A stretch of 64,000 nt of DNA from Alphaproteobacteria bacterium (GCA_050180485.1 JBFXED010000006.1:42070-106069); one strand, 5' to 3'; shown: positions 31,184 through 42,234, counted from the stretch's first letter. Made by a program: numbers and translations. Notes: generated by a model from the letters alone, not told the origin.

Positions 31184-31678
31184 ATGGCCGCGCGCAACCT
31201 GGACCGGAGTTTCGGTTTTCTGCTGCATGACGTGTCCCGTCTGCTGCGGATCGAGTACAACCGTCGTGTCCGGCATCTCGGGCTGACGCGTTCGCAGTGG
31301 CGCGTGATCGCGCACCTGTCGCGCAACGAGGGCTCGACGCAAACTTTCCTAGCCGATGTCCTGGAAATCGAGAACGCTACCCTGGCGCGCCTTCTGGACC
31401 GGCTGGAGGCCGACGGCTGGATCGAACGCCGTCCCTCGCCAACGGACCGCCGCGCCAAACACCTTTATCTGACCGAGAAGCCCGCGGCGATCATCGACGC
31501 GATGTTCAAAATTTCGGCGCAGCTTCAGCGTGACACGCTGAACGGCATGCCTGCCGCCGAGCGCGAACACCTGATCGATTCGCTGCTGGGCATCAAGCGC
31601 AATCTTCTTCAAATGGCGTCCGCGATCGAATCGTCCGTCGATTCGCTCAGCGAACGCAAAGTGGCTGCGGGGGACTGA
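31184..31678 (+). CDS. MarR-family transcriptional regulator
   Basis: 164 aa. Winged-helix region (LTRSQWRVIAHLSRNEGSTQTFLADVLEIENATLARLLDRLEADGWIERRPSPTDRRAK). Confidence 0.8.
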   Translation: MAARNLDRSFGFLLHDVSRLLRIEYNRRVRHLGLTRSQWRVIAHLSRNEGSTQTFLADVLEIENATLARLLDRLEADGWIERRPSPTDRRAKHLYLTEKPAAIIDAMFKISAQLQRDTLNGMPAAEREHLIDSLLGIKRNLLQMASAIESSVDSLSERKVAAGD

Positions 31679-31683
31679 AGGAC

Positions 31684-32799
31684 ATGACGGCACAGACGCA
31701 ACAACATCCGCCGATACAACACGCGCCCATGGCGAGCAGCCGGCGCTTCACGTTTTCCCGGCGCTTCATCCGCGTGATCCTGCTGGCGGTCGCGCCGGTG
31801 GCGGCGGCTTTGGTCGGCCTTTACTTCTATGCGACGGGCGGACGCTACATCTCCACCGAGAACGCCTATATCAAGTCCGACAAGGTGGCGATCAGCACGG
31901 ACGTCACCGGCCGCGTGATCGAAGTGAAAGTCGTCGACAACCAGATGGTCAAGGCGGGCGATCTTTTGTTCCGCCTGGATCCCGAACCGTTCAAGCTCTC
32001 GCTCGACGAAGCCGAGGCACGCGTGCGCTCCACGCGGACGGAAATCGAAGCCATGCGCGCGCAGTACCGCCAGAAGCAGCAAGAGCTGGCCAAGGCCGAC
32101 ATCGATATCAAGTTCGCTCAGACCGAGTTCGATCGTCAGCAGCAGCTCATCAAGCAAGGTTACGCGTCGCGCTCCAAGTTCGACGCCGCCCAGCACCTCT
32201 TGAACCAGTCGCAACAGCAAGCAAAGGCGGCGCGCGAGCAGATGGCCGAAGTGGCCGCCAACTTGGGCGGCAGCCCGGGCGTTCCCACCGAACAGAACCC
32301 GCGCTATTTGCAGGCCATCTCCAAGCGCGACGACGCGGCGCTCGACCTGCGGCGGGTCGACGTCTATGCCCCCATCGAGGGCATCGTCACGCGCATGACG
32401 TTGCAGCCCGGCGAGCATGTCGAGCGCGGCACCCCGGTCTTCAGCGTGGTCAAGACCACGTCCATGTGGGTCGAGGCCAACCTGAAGGAAACCGAACTGA
32501 CCTACGTACGCGTCGGCCAGCCCGCCAAGGTCACCGTCGACGCCTATCCCGGCTATTCCTGGGATGCCAAGGTCGAAAGCATCAGCCCGGCGACGGGTGC
32601 CGAGTTCTCGCTGTTGCCGCCGCAGAACGCCACCGGCAACTGGGTAAAAGTGGTTCAGCGCGTGCCCGTGCGCCTGTCGATCGAGCCCCGGACCGACGCG
32701 CCGCCGCTCCGCGCGGGCATCAGCGTCGTCGCCGAGATCGATACCGGCCACGAGCGCAAGATGCCGGCGTTCATCAGCTGGATCTTCAAAAGCGAGTAA
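31684..32799 (+). CDS. HlyD/EmrA-family membrane-fusion (periplasmic adaptor) protein
   Basis: 371 aa. N-terminal TM anchor, coiled-coil and beta-barrel segments typical of EmrA. Adjacent to the MarR gene. Confidence 0.8.
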   Translation: MTAQTQQHPPIQHAPMASSRRFTFSRRFIRVILLAVAPVAAALVGLYFYATGGRYISTENAYIKSDKVAISTDVTGRVIEVKVVDNQMVKAGDLLFRLDPEPFKLSLDEAEARVRSTRTEIEAMRAQYRQKQQELAKADIDIKFAQTEFDRQQQLIKQGYASRSKFDAAQHLLNQSQQQAKAAREQMAEVAANLGGSPGVPTEQNPRYLQAISKRDDAALDLRRVDVYAPIEGIVTRMTLQPGEHVERGTPVFSVVKTTSMWVEANLKETELTYVRVGQPAKVTVDAYPGYSWDAKVESISPATGAEFSLLPPQNATGNWVKVVQRVPVRLSIEPRTDAPPLRAGISVVAEIDTGHERKMPAFISWIFKSE

Positions 32800-32813
32800 A
32801 CGACGATTCTCAC

Positions 32814-34352
32814 GTGACCGAAGCCGCGCCGGCGGCGGGCCCGGAAACCCGCCGACTTTTGGTCAATTGCGCGGTGATGTTGCCGACCATCATGCACTCG
32901 GTCGACATCACCATCGCGACCGTGGCACTACCCAGTGTCCAGGGCGCCTTGTCGGCGACGCAAGACCAGGTGGCCTGGGTCCTGACGGCCTACGTCATCG
33001 CGGTCGCCATCGTCACGCCGGCCACGGGATGGCTGGCTGGGCGACTGGGACGGCGCAGGCTGTTTCTGATCGCGGTCACCGGCTTTACGCTGACCTCGAT
33101 GCTGTGCGGCGCGGCGCAGAGCCTCCCGGAATTGGTGCTATTCCGCTTGTTCCAGGGTGGCTTCGGCGCCGGCTTGATCCCCCTCTCCCAGGCCGTCGTG
33201 CTGGACACCTATCCGCCGCGCGAGCATGGGCGGGCCATGGCCATCTGGGGCATCGGCGTGATGGCGGGGCCCATCATCGGCCCCACGCTCGGCGGCTATC
33301 TGACCGAGTTCTACAACTGGCGCTGGGTCTTCTATATCAACCTGCCGATCGGCATCCTGGCACTGTTGGGAATCCTGGCTTTCGTGCCGGACACGACGCG
33401 CCACAACCGCGCGCTCGATCTGTTCGGCTTCGGCGCGTTGGCGCTTTCCATCGCCTGCCTGCAGATGGTTCTAGACCGCGGCGAGCGGCTGGATTGGTTC
33501 GATGACCCGGAGATCGTCATCGGTTTCGTCTTCGCGGTCGTGGGCGCCTATTTCTATATCGTCCATTCCTTCACCCATCATCGGCCGTTCCTCGATCCTC
33601 AGCTGTTCCGGGACCGGAATTTCATCGCCGGACTGATGCTGGGTTTCAGCGCCCATGTCTGCCTCTATTCGACCGTCGCGCTGCTGCCGCCTTTTCTGCA
33701 GAATCTGCTCGAGTATCCGGTCGTTACCTCAGGCTTTCTCTTCATTCCGCGCGCCATCGGTACGCTCATCGGCATGTTCATCGTCAGCCGGATTGCTGAT
33801 TGGGCGGATCCGCGCGCGATGATCCTGGCTGGATTGCTGATCGCCGCGTACGGTTTGTGGCAGATGACCGGCTTCACGCTCGAGGTCGAGCCGCACGAGA
33901 TCGTCATCAGCGGACTTTTGTTGGGCATCGGTCTCGGCCTGATCTTCGTGCCCGTCAGCACGACCGCATTTTCCAGCCTACCGCGCGCGCTGCGCACGGA
34001 AGGCGCGGGCATCTACGCCGTCGTGCGCAGCCTGGGCGCGAGCCTGGGCATTTCCGTGTTCGTGACCCTGTTCGTGCGCAACGCCCAGGCCAACCGCTCG
34101 GCCCTGGTCGAGAACGTGTCGCCCTACAACAACCTGTTCCGCGCGCCCTATCTGCCGCCGCAATGGAGCCTCGGGCATTCCGAAGGCCTGTCGTCGCTCA
34201 GCCGCGTGGTCGACCGGCAAGCGGAGATGATCGCCTATGTCTGGGACTTCCAGGTTTTGATGTTGTTGACCTTGGCGGTGATCCCGCTGGTCTTCCTGAT
34301 CACCCCACCCAAGAAGGCCGCTAAGGGCGAGCCGCCGGCCGCGCGCGAATAG
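32814..34352 (+). CDS. MFS drug-efflux transporter, DHA2/EmrB family (14-TMS)
   Basis: GTG 32814 start (MTEAAP...). MFS signature GWLAGRLGRRRLF. About 512 aa. The upstream part of the track ORF 32466.. lies inside emrA and is rejected. Confidence 0.8.
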   Translation: MTEAAPAAGPETRRLLVNCAVMLPTIMHSVDITIATVALPSVQGALSATQDQVAWVLTAYVIAVAIVTPATGWLAGRLGRRRLFLIAVTGFTLTSMLCGAAQSLPELVLFRLFQGGFGAGLIPLSQAVVLDTYPPREHGRAMAIWGIGVMAGPIIGPTLGGYLTEFYNWRWVFYINLPIGILALLGILAFVPDTTRHNRALDLFGFGALALSIACLQMVLDRGERLDWFDDPEIVIGFVFAVVGAYFYIVHSFTHHRPFLDPQLFRDRNFIAGLMLGFSAHVCLYSTVALLPPFLQNLLEYPVVTSGFLFIPRAIGTLIGMFIVSRIADWADPRAMILAGLLIAAYGLWQMTGFTLEVEPHEIVISGLLLGIGLGLIFVPVSTTAFSSLPRALRTEGAGIYAVVRSLGASLGISVFVTLFVRNAQANRSALVENVSPYNNLFRAPYLPPQWSLGHSEGLSSLSRVVDRQAEMIAYVWDFQVLMLLTLAVIPLVFLITPPKKAAKGEPPAARE

Positions 34353-34364
34353 GCGCGGACGCGC

Positions 34365-34802
34365 TCAGTCGTCGCGGTGGGTGCGCTCGATGCGCTCGTG
34401 ACGTTCCTGCGCCTCGATGCTGAGGGTCGCGATCGGGCGCGCCTCCAGCCGGCGCAGGCTGATCGGCTCGTTCGTCTCGACGCAGTAACCGTAGGTGCCG
34501 TCCTCGATCCGCCGCAGCGCCTCGTCGATCTTCGCGATCAGCTTCCGCTCGCGATCACGCGTGCGCAGTTCGATCGAGGTATCGGTTTCCAGCGAGGCGC
34601 GGTCGGTCAGGTCGGCTTCGTGCATGCCGCCCGTCTGCAGATGATTGAGGGTTTCATGCGACCCATCCAGGAGCGACTGCCGCCACTGCAAAAGCTTCTG
34701 GCGGAAATACTCCCGCTGACGGGGATTCATGAACTCTTCTTTGTCCGAGGGCTTGTAGCTGGATGACGTTTTCGAGCGGGGCATGTTCGCAGCGATTCGC
34801 AC
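34365..34802 (-). CDS. dksA: RNA polymerase-binding transcription factor DksA
   Basis: Coiled-coil with DxxDxA-type acidic tip (HEADLTDRASLETD). Note the C-terminal zinc finger is degenerate (CVETNEPISLRRLEARP, a single Cys). Confidence 0.8.
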   Translation of the reverse strand: MRIAANMPRSKTSSSYKPSDKEEFMNPRQREYFRQKLLQWRQSLLDGSHETLNHLQTGGMHEADLTDRASLETDTSIELRTRDRERKLIAKIDEALRRIEDGTYGYCVETNEPISLRRLEARPIATLSIEAQERHERIERTHRDD

Positions 34803-34965
34803 TCAGTGGTCAACGCAAAGGGACCTCGAAGGGGCGACATACTATGCAGGACGAGGGTGGGCCGCAATCGAGACGCGAGAGCCGAAAAACCTCGGTTTTT
34901 CCTGTCCGAATGGGGTCTCTGCCGGTAGGCTTGCGCCCCATGCCGCGGCAGGGGGCGCTTGGGAA

Positions 34966-35844
34966 ATGGTCCGGAAAGGCATCGTTTTAGCCGGCGGTTC
35001 GGGCTCCCGCCTGCGCCCGGCGACCCTCGCGGTCAGCAAGCAACTCCTGCCTGTCTACGACCGGCCGATGATCTACTACCCGCTGGCCTTGCTGATGGAG
35101 GCAGGCATCCGGGACATCCTCATCATCGCGGCGCCGGATCAGATGCCGCTTTACCGCCGGTTGCTGGGCACGGGCACCGGGTTCGGCATCAGACTGTCCT
35201 ACCGCGCCCAGGTAAAACCACTCGGCCTGCCGGACGCGTTCCGCGTGGGCGCCACCTTCGTTGGACGCGAGCCGGTGTGTCTCGTGCTCGGCGACAACGT
35301 GATGTTCGGCCCGTCGCTGACCAAGACGCTGGCGCGCGCCGTGCGGATGGAAGACGGCGCGCGGATCCTCGTTCGCCGCGTGCCGGACGCGCGCCCCTTC
35401 GGCACGGTCGCCTTCGACGCGGATGGACGGCCGCGGCGGCTGGTCGAAAAACCCGCGGCCAAAAAACCCGGCGACGCCGTGCCGGGCGTTTACTTCTTCG
35501 GCCCCGACGTGGTCATACTGGCGCGGCGGCTCAAGCCGTCGGCCCGCGGCGAGTTGGAGATCATGGATCTTCTGCGCGCGTACCTGGAGCGCGGCGCCCT
35601 GACGATCGATCGCCTGCCCGCGGACGTCAGCTGGTTCGACATGGGCGTACCCGATTCCCTTCTAGACGCGGCCCGCGCCATCCGCGACCGCGAGCGCAAG
35701 CGCGGCGACAAGGTGGCATGCCCGGAAGCCATCGCCTGGCGGCAAGGCTGGCTCGGCGCAAGCGCCCTGCGCCGCCGTGCGGACGCGCTGGTTGGCACCG
35801 CGTACGGCCGCTACCTGGCCCGCTGCGCGGCGCGGCGGTCCTGA
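34966..35844 (+). CDS. rfbA: glucose-1-phosphate thymidylyltransferase RfbA/RmlA
   Basis: GIVLAGGSGSRLRPAT nucleotide-binding motif at the N-terminus. ATG 34966. Confidence 0.85.
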   Translation: MVRKGIVLAGGSGSRLRPATLAVSKQLLPVYDRPMIYYPLALLMEAGIRDILIIAAPDQMPLYRRLLGTGTGFGIRLSYRAQVKPLGLPDAFRVGATFVGREPVCLVLGDNVMFGPSLTKTLARAVRMEDGARILVRRVPDARPFGTVAFDADGRPRRLVEKPAAKKPGDAVPGVYFFGPDVVILARRLKPSARGELEIMDLLRAYLERGALTIDRLPADVSWFDMGVPDSLLDAARAIRDRERKRGDKVACPEAIAWRQGWLGASALRRRADALVGTAYGRYLARCAARRS

Positions 35845-35885
35845 CTGAATCCTTTCCGCAACTGTTCCATCGGGAGACATCCACA

Positions 35886-36653
35886 ATGCGTCTGAAGAAC
35901 AAGGTCGCCGTCATCACCGGCGGCGCGCGCGGTATCGGCGAAGCCTATGTGCGGCGTTACGTGCAGGAAGGCGCCAAGGTCGTCTTCGGCGATCTATTGG
36001 ACAAGGAAGGCGCCGCGCTGGCTAAGGATCTGAGCGGCAACGCGCGCTATGTGCGTTGCGACGTGACCAAGGCCGGCGACGTCGAGGCCTTGATGGACGA
36101 TGCCGTGACCGCTTTCGGCGGCCTCGACGTATGCATCGCCAACGCGGGCGTCGTCGATTCCGGCAGCATCATGGATGTCTCGGAAAAGACCTTCGATCAC
36201 GTGATGGCGGTCAACGTCAAAGGCCCGCATCTGACCTGCCGCGCGGCGGCGAAGCGGATGATCGCGGCCAAGAAGGGCGGCGTGATCATCAACATCAGCT
36301 CCACCGTCGCGGTCTTGGGCGAGGTGGGCGAAGGCTGCTATCCGCTCAGCAAGGGGGCCGTGACCGCTCTGACCCGTACCCTGGCGGTCGAACTGGCGGA
36401 CCACAATATCCGTGTCGTCGCCATCGGCCCCGGCGGCACGCGCACGGGCATGATGGCCGACGCCCTGCCCGGCACACCGCGCGGCAAGCGGATCGCCATG
36501 CGCACGCCCCTACGCCGCATGGCCGAGCCGGAGGAGATGGCGGGCGTGGCGGTGTTCCTGGCCTCATCGGATGCCAGCTACATCACCGGCCAGACCATCT
36601 ATGTCGACGGCGGCCGCCTGGTCCTGAACATGATCATGCCGGACAAGGGCTAG
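35886..36653 (+). CDS. SDR-family NAD(P)-dependent oxidoreductase
   Basis: TGGARGIG cofactor motif, NAG, and a YxxxK-equivalent region. 255 aa. Confidence 0.8.
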   Translation: MRLKNKVAVITGGARGIGEAYVRRYVQEGAKVVFGDLLDKEGAALAKDLSGNARYVRCDVTKAGDVEALMDDAVTAFGGLDVCIANAGVVDSGSIMDVSEKTFDHVMAVNVKGPHLTCRAAAKRMIAAKKGGVIINISSTVAVLGEVGEGCYPLSKGAVTALTRTLAVELADHNIRVVAIGPGGTRTGMMADALPGTPRGKRIAMRTPLRRMAEPEEMAGVAVFLASSDASYITGQTIYVDGGRLVLNMIMPDKG

Positions 36654-37285
36654 CGCGGGCCGACGCCCTCGGCGATCAGCCGCTCGGCCGCAGCCTCGTC
36701 CTCGGGGCTGTTGACGTTGAGGAACGGATCGAACGGCTCGACCGGATAGGCGACCGTGGCGACCCGGTGGCGCGCGGCCCAAGCATCGACCTTGCGCGCG
36801 CCGCCCTCGACCAGATCGCGACGAAGCGAATCGGCCAAGGCGACCGGCCACAAGCCGAAGACCGGATGGGCACGGCCGCCGGATTCGGCATAAGCCATTT
36901 CGGCGCTCCGCGCCGCGCGCGCGGCCGCCAGACGCTCCACCAGATCGGCCGGGAAGAACGGCACGTCTGTCGGAAACGATGCGACCCAGGCCACGTCCGG
37001 GTGATGCGCGCGCGCCCACAAGAGGCCGGCCAGAATACCCGCGAGAGGACCCGCGAAGCCTCCGACCGGGTCGGCGGCGACCGGCAGGCCGAAAGCCGCG
37101 AAACGCACCGGATCGCCGTTGGCGTTGAGGACCAAGGGGCCGACCTGCGGCCGGGCGCGCGCGATTGCCCGCGACAAGACCGGGCGGCCGCCGAGAAGGC
37201 GCAGGCATTTGTCGCCCCCACCCATCCGGCTCGACCGCCCGCCGGCCAAAAGCACTCCGGCGATCGCTGATAGCCCCTTCATCAT
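36650..37285 (-). CDS. mobA: molybdenum cofactor guanylyltransferase MobA
   Basis: LAGGRSSRMGG-DK signature at the N-terminus. Start at the MM pair (37283-37285). Confidence 0.8.
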   Translation of the reverse strand: MMKGLSAIAGVLLAGGRSSRMGGGDKCLRLLGGRPVLSRAIARARPQVGPLVLNANGDPVRFAAFGLPVAADPVGGFAGPLAGILAGLLWARAHHPDVAWVASFPTDVPFFPADLVERLAAARAARSAEMAYAESGGRAHPVFGLWPVALADSLRRDLVEGGARKVDAWAARHRVATVAYPVEPFDPFLNVNSPEDEAAAERLIAEGVGPR

Positions 37286-37418
37286 CGCTTGCACTATGGC
37301 GTCCGCTGCCCGGCCAGACCATAGAGGGCTGGACAGGACGGAAGCACCCTCGCATCCTCCGCATTGAACCGGCCCCTCCGGGACATATGTTTTCATACGA
37401 AGGGGTTGCAGGAACGCG

Positions 37419-38465
37419 ATGCCTGACGATTTGACCATCACGCCGCCCGGACGGCCCGCGACGGAGCATGGACCTCTGGTCGATCCGTTCGCGCGCACCA
37501 TCAGCTATCTGCGCGTCTCGGTCACCGACCGGTGCGACTTCCGCTGCGTCTACTGCATGTCCGAGGACATGACGTTCCTGCCCAAGGCCGAGATCCTGAC
37601 GCTGGAGGAGCTGGGGCGGTTGTGCGGTGCCTTCGTCGACCTGGGCGTGCGCAAGCTGCGCCTGACCGGGGGCGAGCCGCTGGCGCGGCGGAACATCATG
37701 TCGCTTGTCCGTGCGCTCGGCCGCCATCTGCCGGCTGGACGCCTTGACGAGCTGACACTCACCACCAACGGCAGCCAGCTCGCGCGCTATGCGCAGGAGT
37801 TGCGCGACGCCGGCATGCGCCGCATCAACGTCTCGCTCGACACGCTCGATCCGGAAAAATTCACCGCCATCACCCGCTGGGGCAAACTCGACAAAGTGCT
37901 GGACGGGATCGCCACGGCCGAAGCCGCCGGCCTGGCCGTCAAGATCAACGTCGTCGCGCTCAAGGACGTAAACATCGACGAGTTGGACCGCATGGTGGCT
38001 TGGTGCGGCGAGCGCGGCTTCGACATGACGATCATCGAAGTGATGCCGATGGGCGACGTCGGCGAGCAGCGAACGGATCAGTACTATCCGCTCTCCATGG
38101 TCCGCGCGCGGTTGGCGCGGCGCTGGACGCTCGACGAATCCGACCACCGCACTGGCGGGCCCGCGCGCTATGTGACCGTGCGCGAGACCGGCGCGCGGCT
38201 GGGTTTCATCACGCCGATGACCCACAATTTCTGCGAGTCGTGTAACCGCGTGCGGCTGACCTGCACCGGCATGCTCTATATGTGCCTGGGCCAGGAAGAC
38301 GCAGCCGACCTGCGCGCGCCGCTGCGGCAAAGTCCGGACGACGGAATGCTGCGGGCCGCCATCCGCGACGCCATCGCGCGCAAACCGAAGGGCCATGACT
38401 TCGTCATCGACCGGCGCCGGCAGGCGGTTTCGGTGCCGCGCCACATGAGCGTGACCGGCGGCTGA
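37419..38465 (+). CDS. moaA: GTP 3',8-cyclase MoaA (radical SAM)
   Basis: CDFRCVYC radical-SAM cluster and a C-terminal CxxCxxxxxxxxxxxxxC auxiliary cluster ([18 protein letters not shown]). Confidence 0.9.
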   Translation: MPDDLTITPPGRPATEHGPLVDPFARTISYLRVSVTDRCDFRCVYCMSEDMTFLPKAEILTLEELGRLCGAFVDLGVRKLRLTGGEPLARRNIMSLVRALGRHLPAGRLDELTLTTNGSQLARYAQELRDAGMRRINVSLDTLDPEKFTAITRWGKLDKVLDGIATAEAAGLAVKINVVALKDVNIDELDRMVAWCGERGFDMTIIEVMPMGDVGEQRTDQYYPLSMVRARLARRWTLDESDHRTGGPARYVTVRETGARLGFITPMTHNFCESCNRVRLTCTGMLYMCLGQEDAADLRAPLRQSPDDGMLRAAIRDAIARKPKGHDFVIDRRRQAVSVPRHMSVTGG

Positions 38466-38588
38466 AGCGCCCGCCAGGGCGGGAAATCGCTTTAAAATCA
38501 AGGGCGTTCAGGCTCGATTCTTGCATGGGCTTACCCTTGCGGCCAAAACCTGCCCTGCGCTTCATGTAGATAACCCCCCGATCGCGCG

Positions 38589-40823
38589 ATGTCTTCGACG
38601 ACGGCAGATCCCATCCCCCCGCTCATCGGACCGCTGCGCACTCTGCCTCGGACGGCGGAATGGGCGTCCGTCGACGGCACGTCCGCGCATTGGTCGCTGC
38701 AACCCATCGAGCCGGACGATCTCCCGCTGCCGCCCACAACCCGTGCGACGAAGCTTAGTGCAGCGCTATTTTGCTCGATTGGATTGCATTTCGCAGCCGT
38801 GACGCTGGTGGCGGCGGGCCTGCCCCATGTCGATCTGGATTGGCTCAAGCTGCATGACGCGCCCATCAAGCGCGTGGACGTCGTCTTTTACGATCCCACC
38901 GCCCCCGAAGAGGTGGCGCCGGGATCGGGCGTCGTCGCCCAGGAGCAAGCAAAACTCGGCTTGGGAAGCGCACAAACGCGCGGCCGCGATGCCGGGCGCA
39001 ACCCGACATCCTCGGAAGCGGATATGGCCCGGCCAAACGCACGACGCGTGGCGCACGGACAAGGGAAAGCCGGAGAAGGCGAATCCGCGCAGGCCAGCAG
39101 CGCGAAAACGGCGGCAAACGCCGCCACCGCCGCGAAGTCCAATTCGTCTCAGGCAATGGATGGAAAGGTCGACCGCAGCGAAAAAGCTGCCAGCGCGCGA
39201 AGCGAGCAGCCCCCCTCGGAAGCTGCCGCGACCGCGCAACCAGCATCGCGTACCGAATCCGGCGGCGCGGCCGCGAAGGGACAACCCGAAGGCACGGGCA
39301 GGGAGGACCGGGAAACGGCGATTCAGAAGCAGACCACGGGCGCACCGGAAAATGCCCCGCAGGTCTCCGGCGCAGCGGCCAGCAAAACGCAGGCACGCCC
39401 ATCCCCCCTCCTGGCATCGTCCCTGCCCATTCTCAACGAGCAGGAGTCCGGCAAGCCGAAGCAGGAGTCCGCCAAGGCGAAAGAGTCCATCAAGGAACCA
39501 CCGGAGTACGTCGTCGTAGCACGACCCCTGACCGCCGAGGATCCACCGCAGCAACCGCCTACGCCCAAGGAACAACAAACCGTGCCGCAGGCCTCCGATT
39601 CGACCGCGAAGCTTCAGAAGCAGTTGCAGGATCTGCGCGAGGACGGCGGGCCGTCGAATTTGAAATTGGCGGTGAAGACATCCGCGGGCGATGCGCTGTT
39701 ACCGGCAACAGGTGCAAGCAGCAGCAATAACTCCGGCGCGGCATCCGATGCCGCGCCCAATGCCAGCACCATCGCGCCCATCCGAGCGGCGCAGGCGATG
39801 CCGCCAGCGCCCGCGGAAAGCTCGTCGAATATCGCCATGAAGCTGATGCTCCAGACCATGCCCGGCCTGGACAGCACGCTGGCGGCGGCGATGGCCCATC
39901 CGAACACAGCGCCCGTCTCGCCGCCCACGCCGCGTCGCGAACAGGTCATCGCGCGGATGCAGAAAGCCGCCGACCGGGGTTATGCCCATGCCCAGTACGG
40001 CGTCGCGCGCCGCGAGCTGATCGGCCAGGGCGTTCCGCGTAATCCCGAGGCGGCGGCGGATCTGTTGGAACGGGCTGCACGCCAGGGGCATGCGACGTCC
40101 CAATTAGCCCTCGGCTACATGACGCTGAAGGGCTATGGCGTGAAGCAAGACAAGGCAGAGGCCCTGACCTGGCTGACCCTGGCGGCCCATCAGGGCAACG
40201 AAGACGCCGCGCGTGCGGCGGCGCTGATCGAACCCACCCTGACCGCGCAGGAATTGATCGCCGCCCGCCGTTCGGTCAGCGACTGGAAATCGGTGATGGA
40301 GCCGGCCACGACGCCCGCGGCAACGGAAGGCAAGACCGCACCGGAACGCGGCCCTCTTCAAGACGCTATCGCCCATGGCGACGTGGCCGCCGTCCGCGCC
40401 CTGATCGCGCGCGGCGAGGATGCCAATGGCCGCGACCGCGAGGGCCGCACGGCGATGATCAACGCCGGCTGGCGGGGCGACAGCGCCATCGTCGACAGCC
40501 TGCTCGAAATGGGCGCCGATCCGGATATTGTCGATAACGAAGGCCGCACGGCCATCATGTGGGCGGCCGGCAATGGCTATCCCAACGTCGTCGAGAAGCT
40601 GGCCAAGGCCGGCGTCGAACTGAATCTCAAGGACAAGGAAGGCCGCACGGCCCTTACCAGCGCGGCACTCAACGGCCACACCGACGTGGTGAAGGCGCTG
40701 ATCTCCAACAAGGTTGACCTGAACGCGCGAGACGACCGCGGCAAGACGGCGCTGGATTACGCGCTCAGGCAGAATTATCCGGACATCGTCCAGATTCTGG
40801 AAAAGGCCGGCGCGAAGCGCTGA
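38589..40823 (+). CDS. membrane-anchored Pro/Ala/Ser-rich protein with C-terminal Sel1 and ankyrin repeats
   Basis: 744 aa. One N-terminal TM segment (LSAALFCSIGLHFAAVTLVAAGL) and a ~350-aa low-complexity linker. Sel1 repeats (YAHAQYGVA..., HATSQLALGYM...). About 4 ankyrin repeats (GRTAMINAGWRGDSAIVDSLLEMGADPDIVDNEGRTAIMWAAGNGY...). Confidence 0.65.
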   Translation: MSSTTADPIPPLIGPLRTLPRTAEWASVDGTSAHWSLQPIEPDDLPLPPTTRATKLSAALFCSIGLHFAAVTLVAAGLPHVDLDWLKLHDAPIKRVDVVFYDPTAPEEVAPGSGVVAQEQAKLGLGSAQTRGRDAGRNPTSSEADMARPNARRVAHGQGKAGEGESAQASSAKTAANAATAAKSNSSQAMDGKVDRSEKAASARSEQPPSEAAATAQPASRTESGGAAAKGQPEGTGREDRETAIQKQTTGAPENAPQVSGAAASKTQARPSPLLASSLPILNEQESGKPKQESAKAKESIKEPPEYVVVARPLTAEDPPQQPPTPKEQQTVPQASDSTAKLQKQLQDLREDGGPSNLKLAVKTSAGDALLPATGASSSNNSGAASDAAPNASTIAPIRAAQAMPPAPAESSSNIAMKLMLQTMPGLDSTLAAAMAHPNTAPVSPPTPRREQVIARMQKAADRGYAHAQYGVARRELIGQGVPRNPEAAADLLERAARQGHATSQLALGYMTLKGYGVKQDKAEALTWLTLAAHQGNEDAARAAALIEPTLTAQELIAARRSVSDWKSVMEPATTPAATEGKTAPERGPLQDAIAHGDVAAVRALIARGEDANGRDREGRTAMINAGWRGDSAIVDSLLEMGADPDIVDNEGRTAIMWAAGNGYPNVVEKLAKAGVELNLKDKEGRTALTSAALNGHTDVVKALISNKVDLNARDDRGKTALDYALRQNYPDIVQILEKAGAKR

Positions 40824-40829
40824 TCGGGC

Positions 40830-41309
40830 CTATTTAATGTCGATGCGGTGCGCGAAGTTGCGCCCGTCGCTGACCGTGATCTGGGTGAAACCCAAAAGCT
40901 TCGCCAGATCGAAAAAAGTGAAATAATCCTCGACACCCACCTCGTTGAAGAACGGCGTCATGCGCGCGCTGGCCGTCAGCATGGCCAGCAGACCGCGCAT
41001 CCGGTACAGCGTGTTGTACGAGTTCTCGTACAGGCCGACGATGATGAGTTTCTCGGCGTCATCGCCCTTGGCGAAGACCGCGAAGGGCGGAGGATAGGGA
41101 TTCGACATCATCTGCGCCGTCATCGCGGTGACGAAGCCGAGCCGGCGCTTCCGATCGGAATCGGGCAAGGTCTTCGCGCGCGCCACATAGGTCTCTTGCG
41201 TCTTCGGTGGCGGGTAATAGTAGCCCGCATGGCGTTCTTCCGCGCGCGCGGGACCCAGGGCGCACAGAACAACGAGCGCGAGTCCGAACAAAGCGACCTT
41301 GTTGGCCAC
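40830..41309 (-). CDS. hypothetical secreted/periplasmic protein
   Basis: 159 aa with a cleavable signal peptide ([23 protein letters not shown]). No recognised domain. Confidence 0.5.
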   Translation of the reverse strand: MANKVALFGLALVVLCALGPARAEERHAGYYYPPPKTQETYVARAKTLPDSDRKRRLGFVTAMTAQMMSNPYPPPFAVFAKGDDAEKLIIVGLYENSYNTLYRMRGLLAMLTASARMTPFFNEVGVEDYFTFFDLAKLLGFTQITVSDGRNFAHRIDIK

Positions 41310-41455
41310 GGCATCCCTCCTTCGCGGCGGCTAGGCCCGCACGATGGCCGATGGTCATGGGTTTGGCAACGCGGGCGGCTGGCGTCCCGTTCCCCGTCGG
41401 CTATACTCGCGCCGTCACGCGCGAAACCCCCGCGGAGCGTACGAAAAGCCGGTCC

Positions 41456-42223
41456 ATGCCGAGCAAACGGATAGCTTTTGTCGCGGCCGACACCGAGCCC
41501 GCCCAGTGCGCGCTCGCGCTTTTGCGCGCGCGTTATGCCTCGGTCGAGCCCGAACGAGCGGAGATCGTGGTGGCGCTCGGCGGCGACGGTTTCATGCTCG
41601 AGACGCTCCACCGCTTCAGCGCGCGCCGCGTGCCGATCTACGGCATGCATCGCGGCACGGTCGGCTTCCTGATGAACGAGTACCGGGAGGACGGGCTAGA
41701 GCAGCGGCTGGAGAAATCGACCGCCACGACCCTCTATCCGCTGCGCATGGAAGCGCGAACCATCGACGGCAAGACGCACACGGCGCTGGCCATCAACGAG
41801 GTCTCGCTTTTGCGCGAAAAGCGCTTCGCGGCCAAGATCAGGATCACCGTCGACGGCGTCGTCCGCATGGACGAGCTGATCTGCGACGGTATTCTCATCT
41901 CGACCCCCGCCGGCAGCACGGCCTACAACCTGTCGGCGTTCGGCCCCATTCTCCCGGTCGGTTCGAACGCGCTCGCGCTGACCCCGATCAGCGCGTTCCG
42001 CCCCCGGCGCTGGCGCGGCGCCATCCTGTCGCACGCGGCGAAAGTTGTGTTCGAGATCAAGGACGCCCAGCACCGCCCGGTCAGCGCCACGGCCGACTTC
42101 ACCGAAATCCGCGACGTGACGCGGGTCGAGGTGCGCGAAGACCGCACGAGCGCGCATACGATCCTGTTCGACGCCGAGCACAATTTCGAAGAACGCATCC
42201 TGAAAGAACAGTTCATTTCCTAG
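41456..42223 (+). CDS. nadK: NAD kinase
   Basis: GGDG motif ([12 protein letters not shown]) and NE/D motif (AINEVSL...[23 protein letters not shown]). ATG 41456. Confidence 0.85.
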   Translation: MPSKRIAFVAADTEPAQCALALLRARYASVEPERAEIVVALGGDGFMLETLHRFSARRVPIYGMHRGTVGFLMNEYREDGLEQRLEKSTATTLYPLRMEARTIDGKTHTALAINEVSLLREKRFAAKIRITVDGVVRMDELICDGILISTPAGSTAYNLSAFGPILPVGSNALALTPISAFRPRRWRGAILSHAAKVVFEIKDAQHRPVSATADFTEIRDVTRVEVREDRTSAHTILFDAEHNFEERILKEQFIS

Positions 42224-42234
42224 GGGATTAGCGA

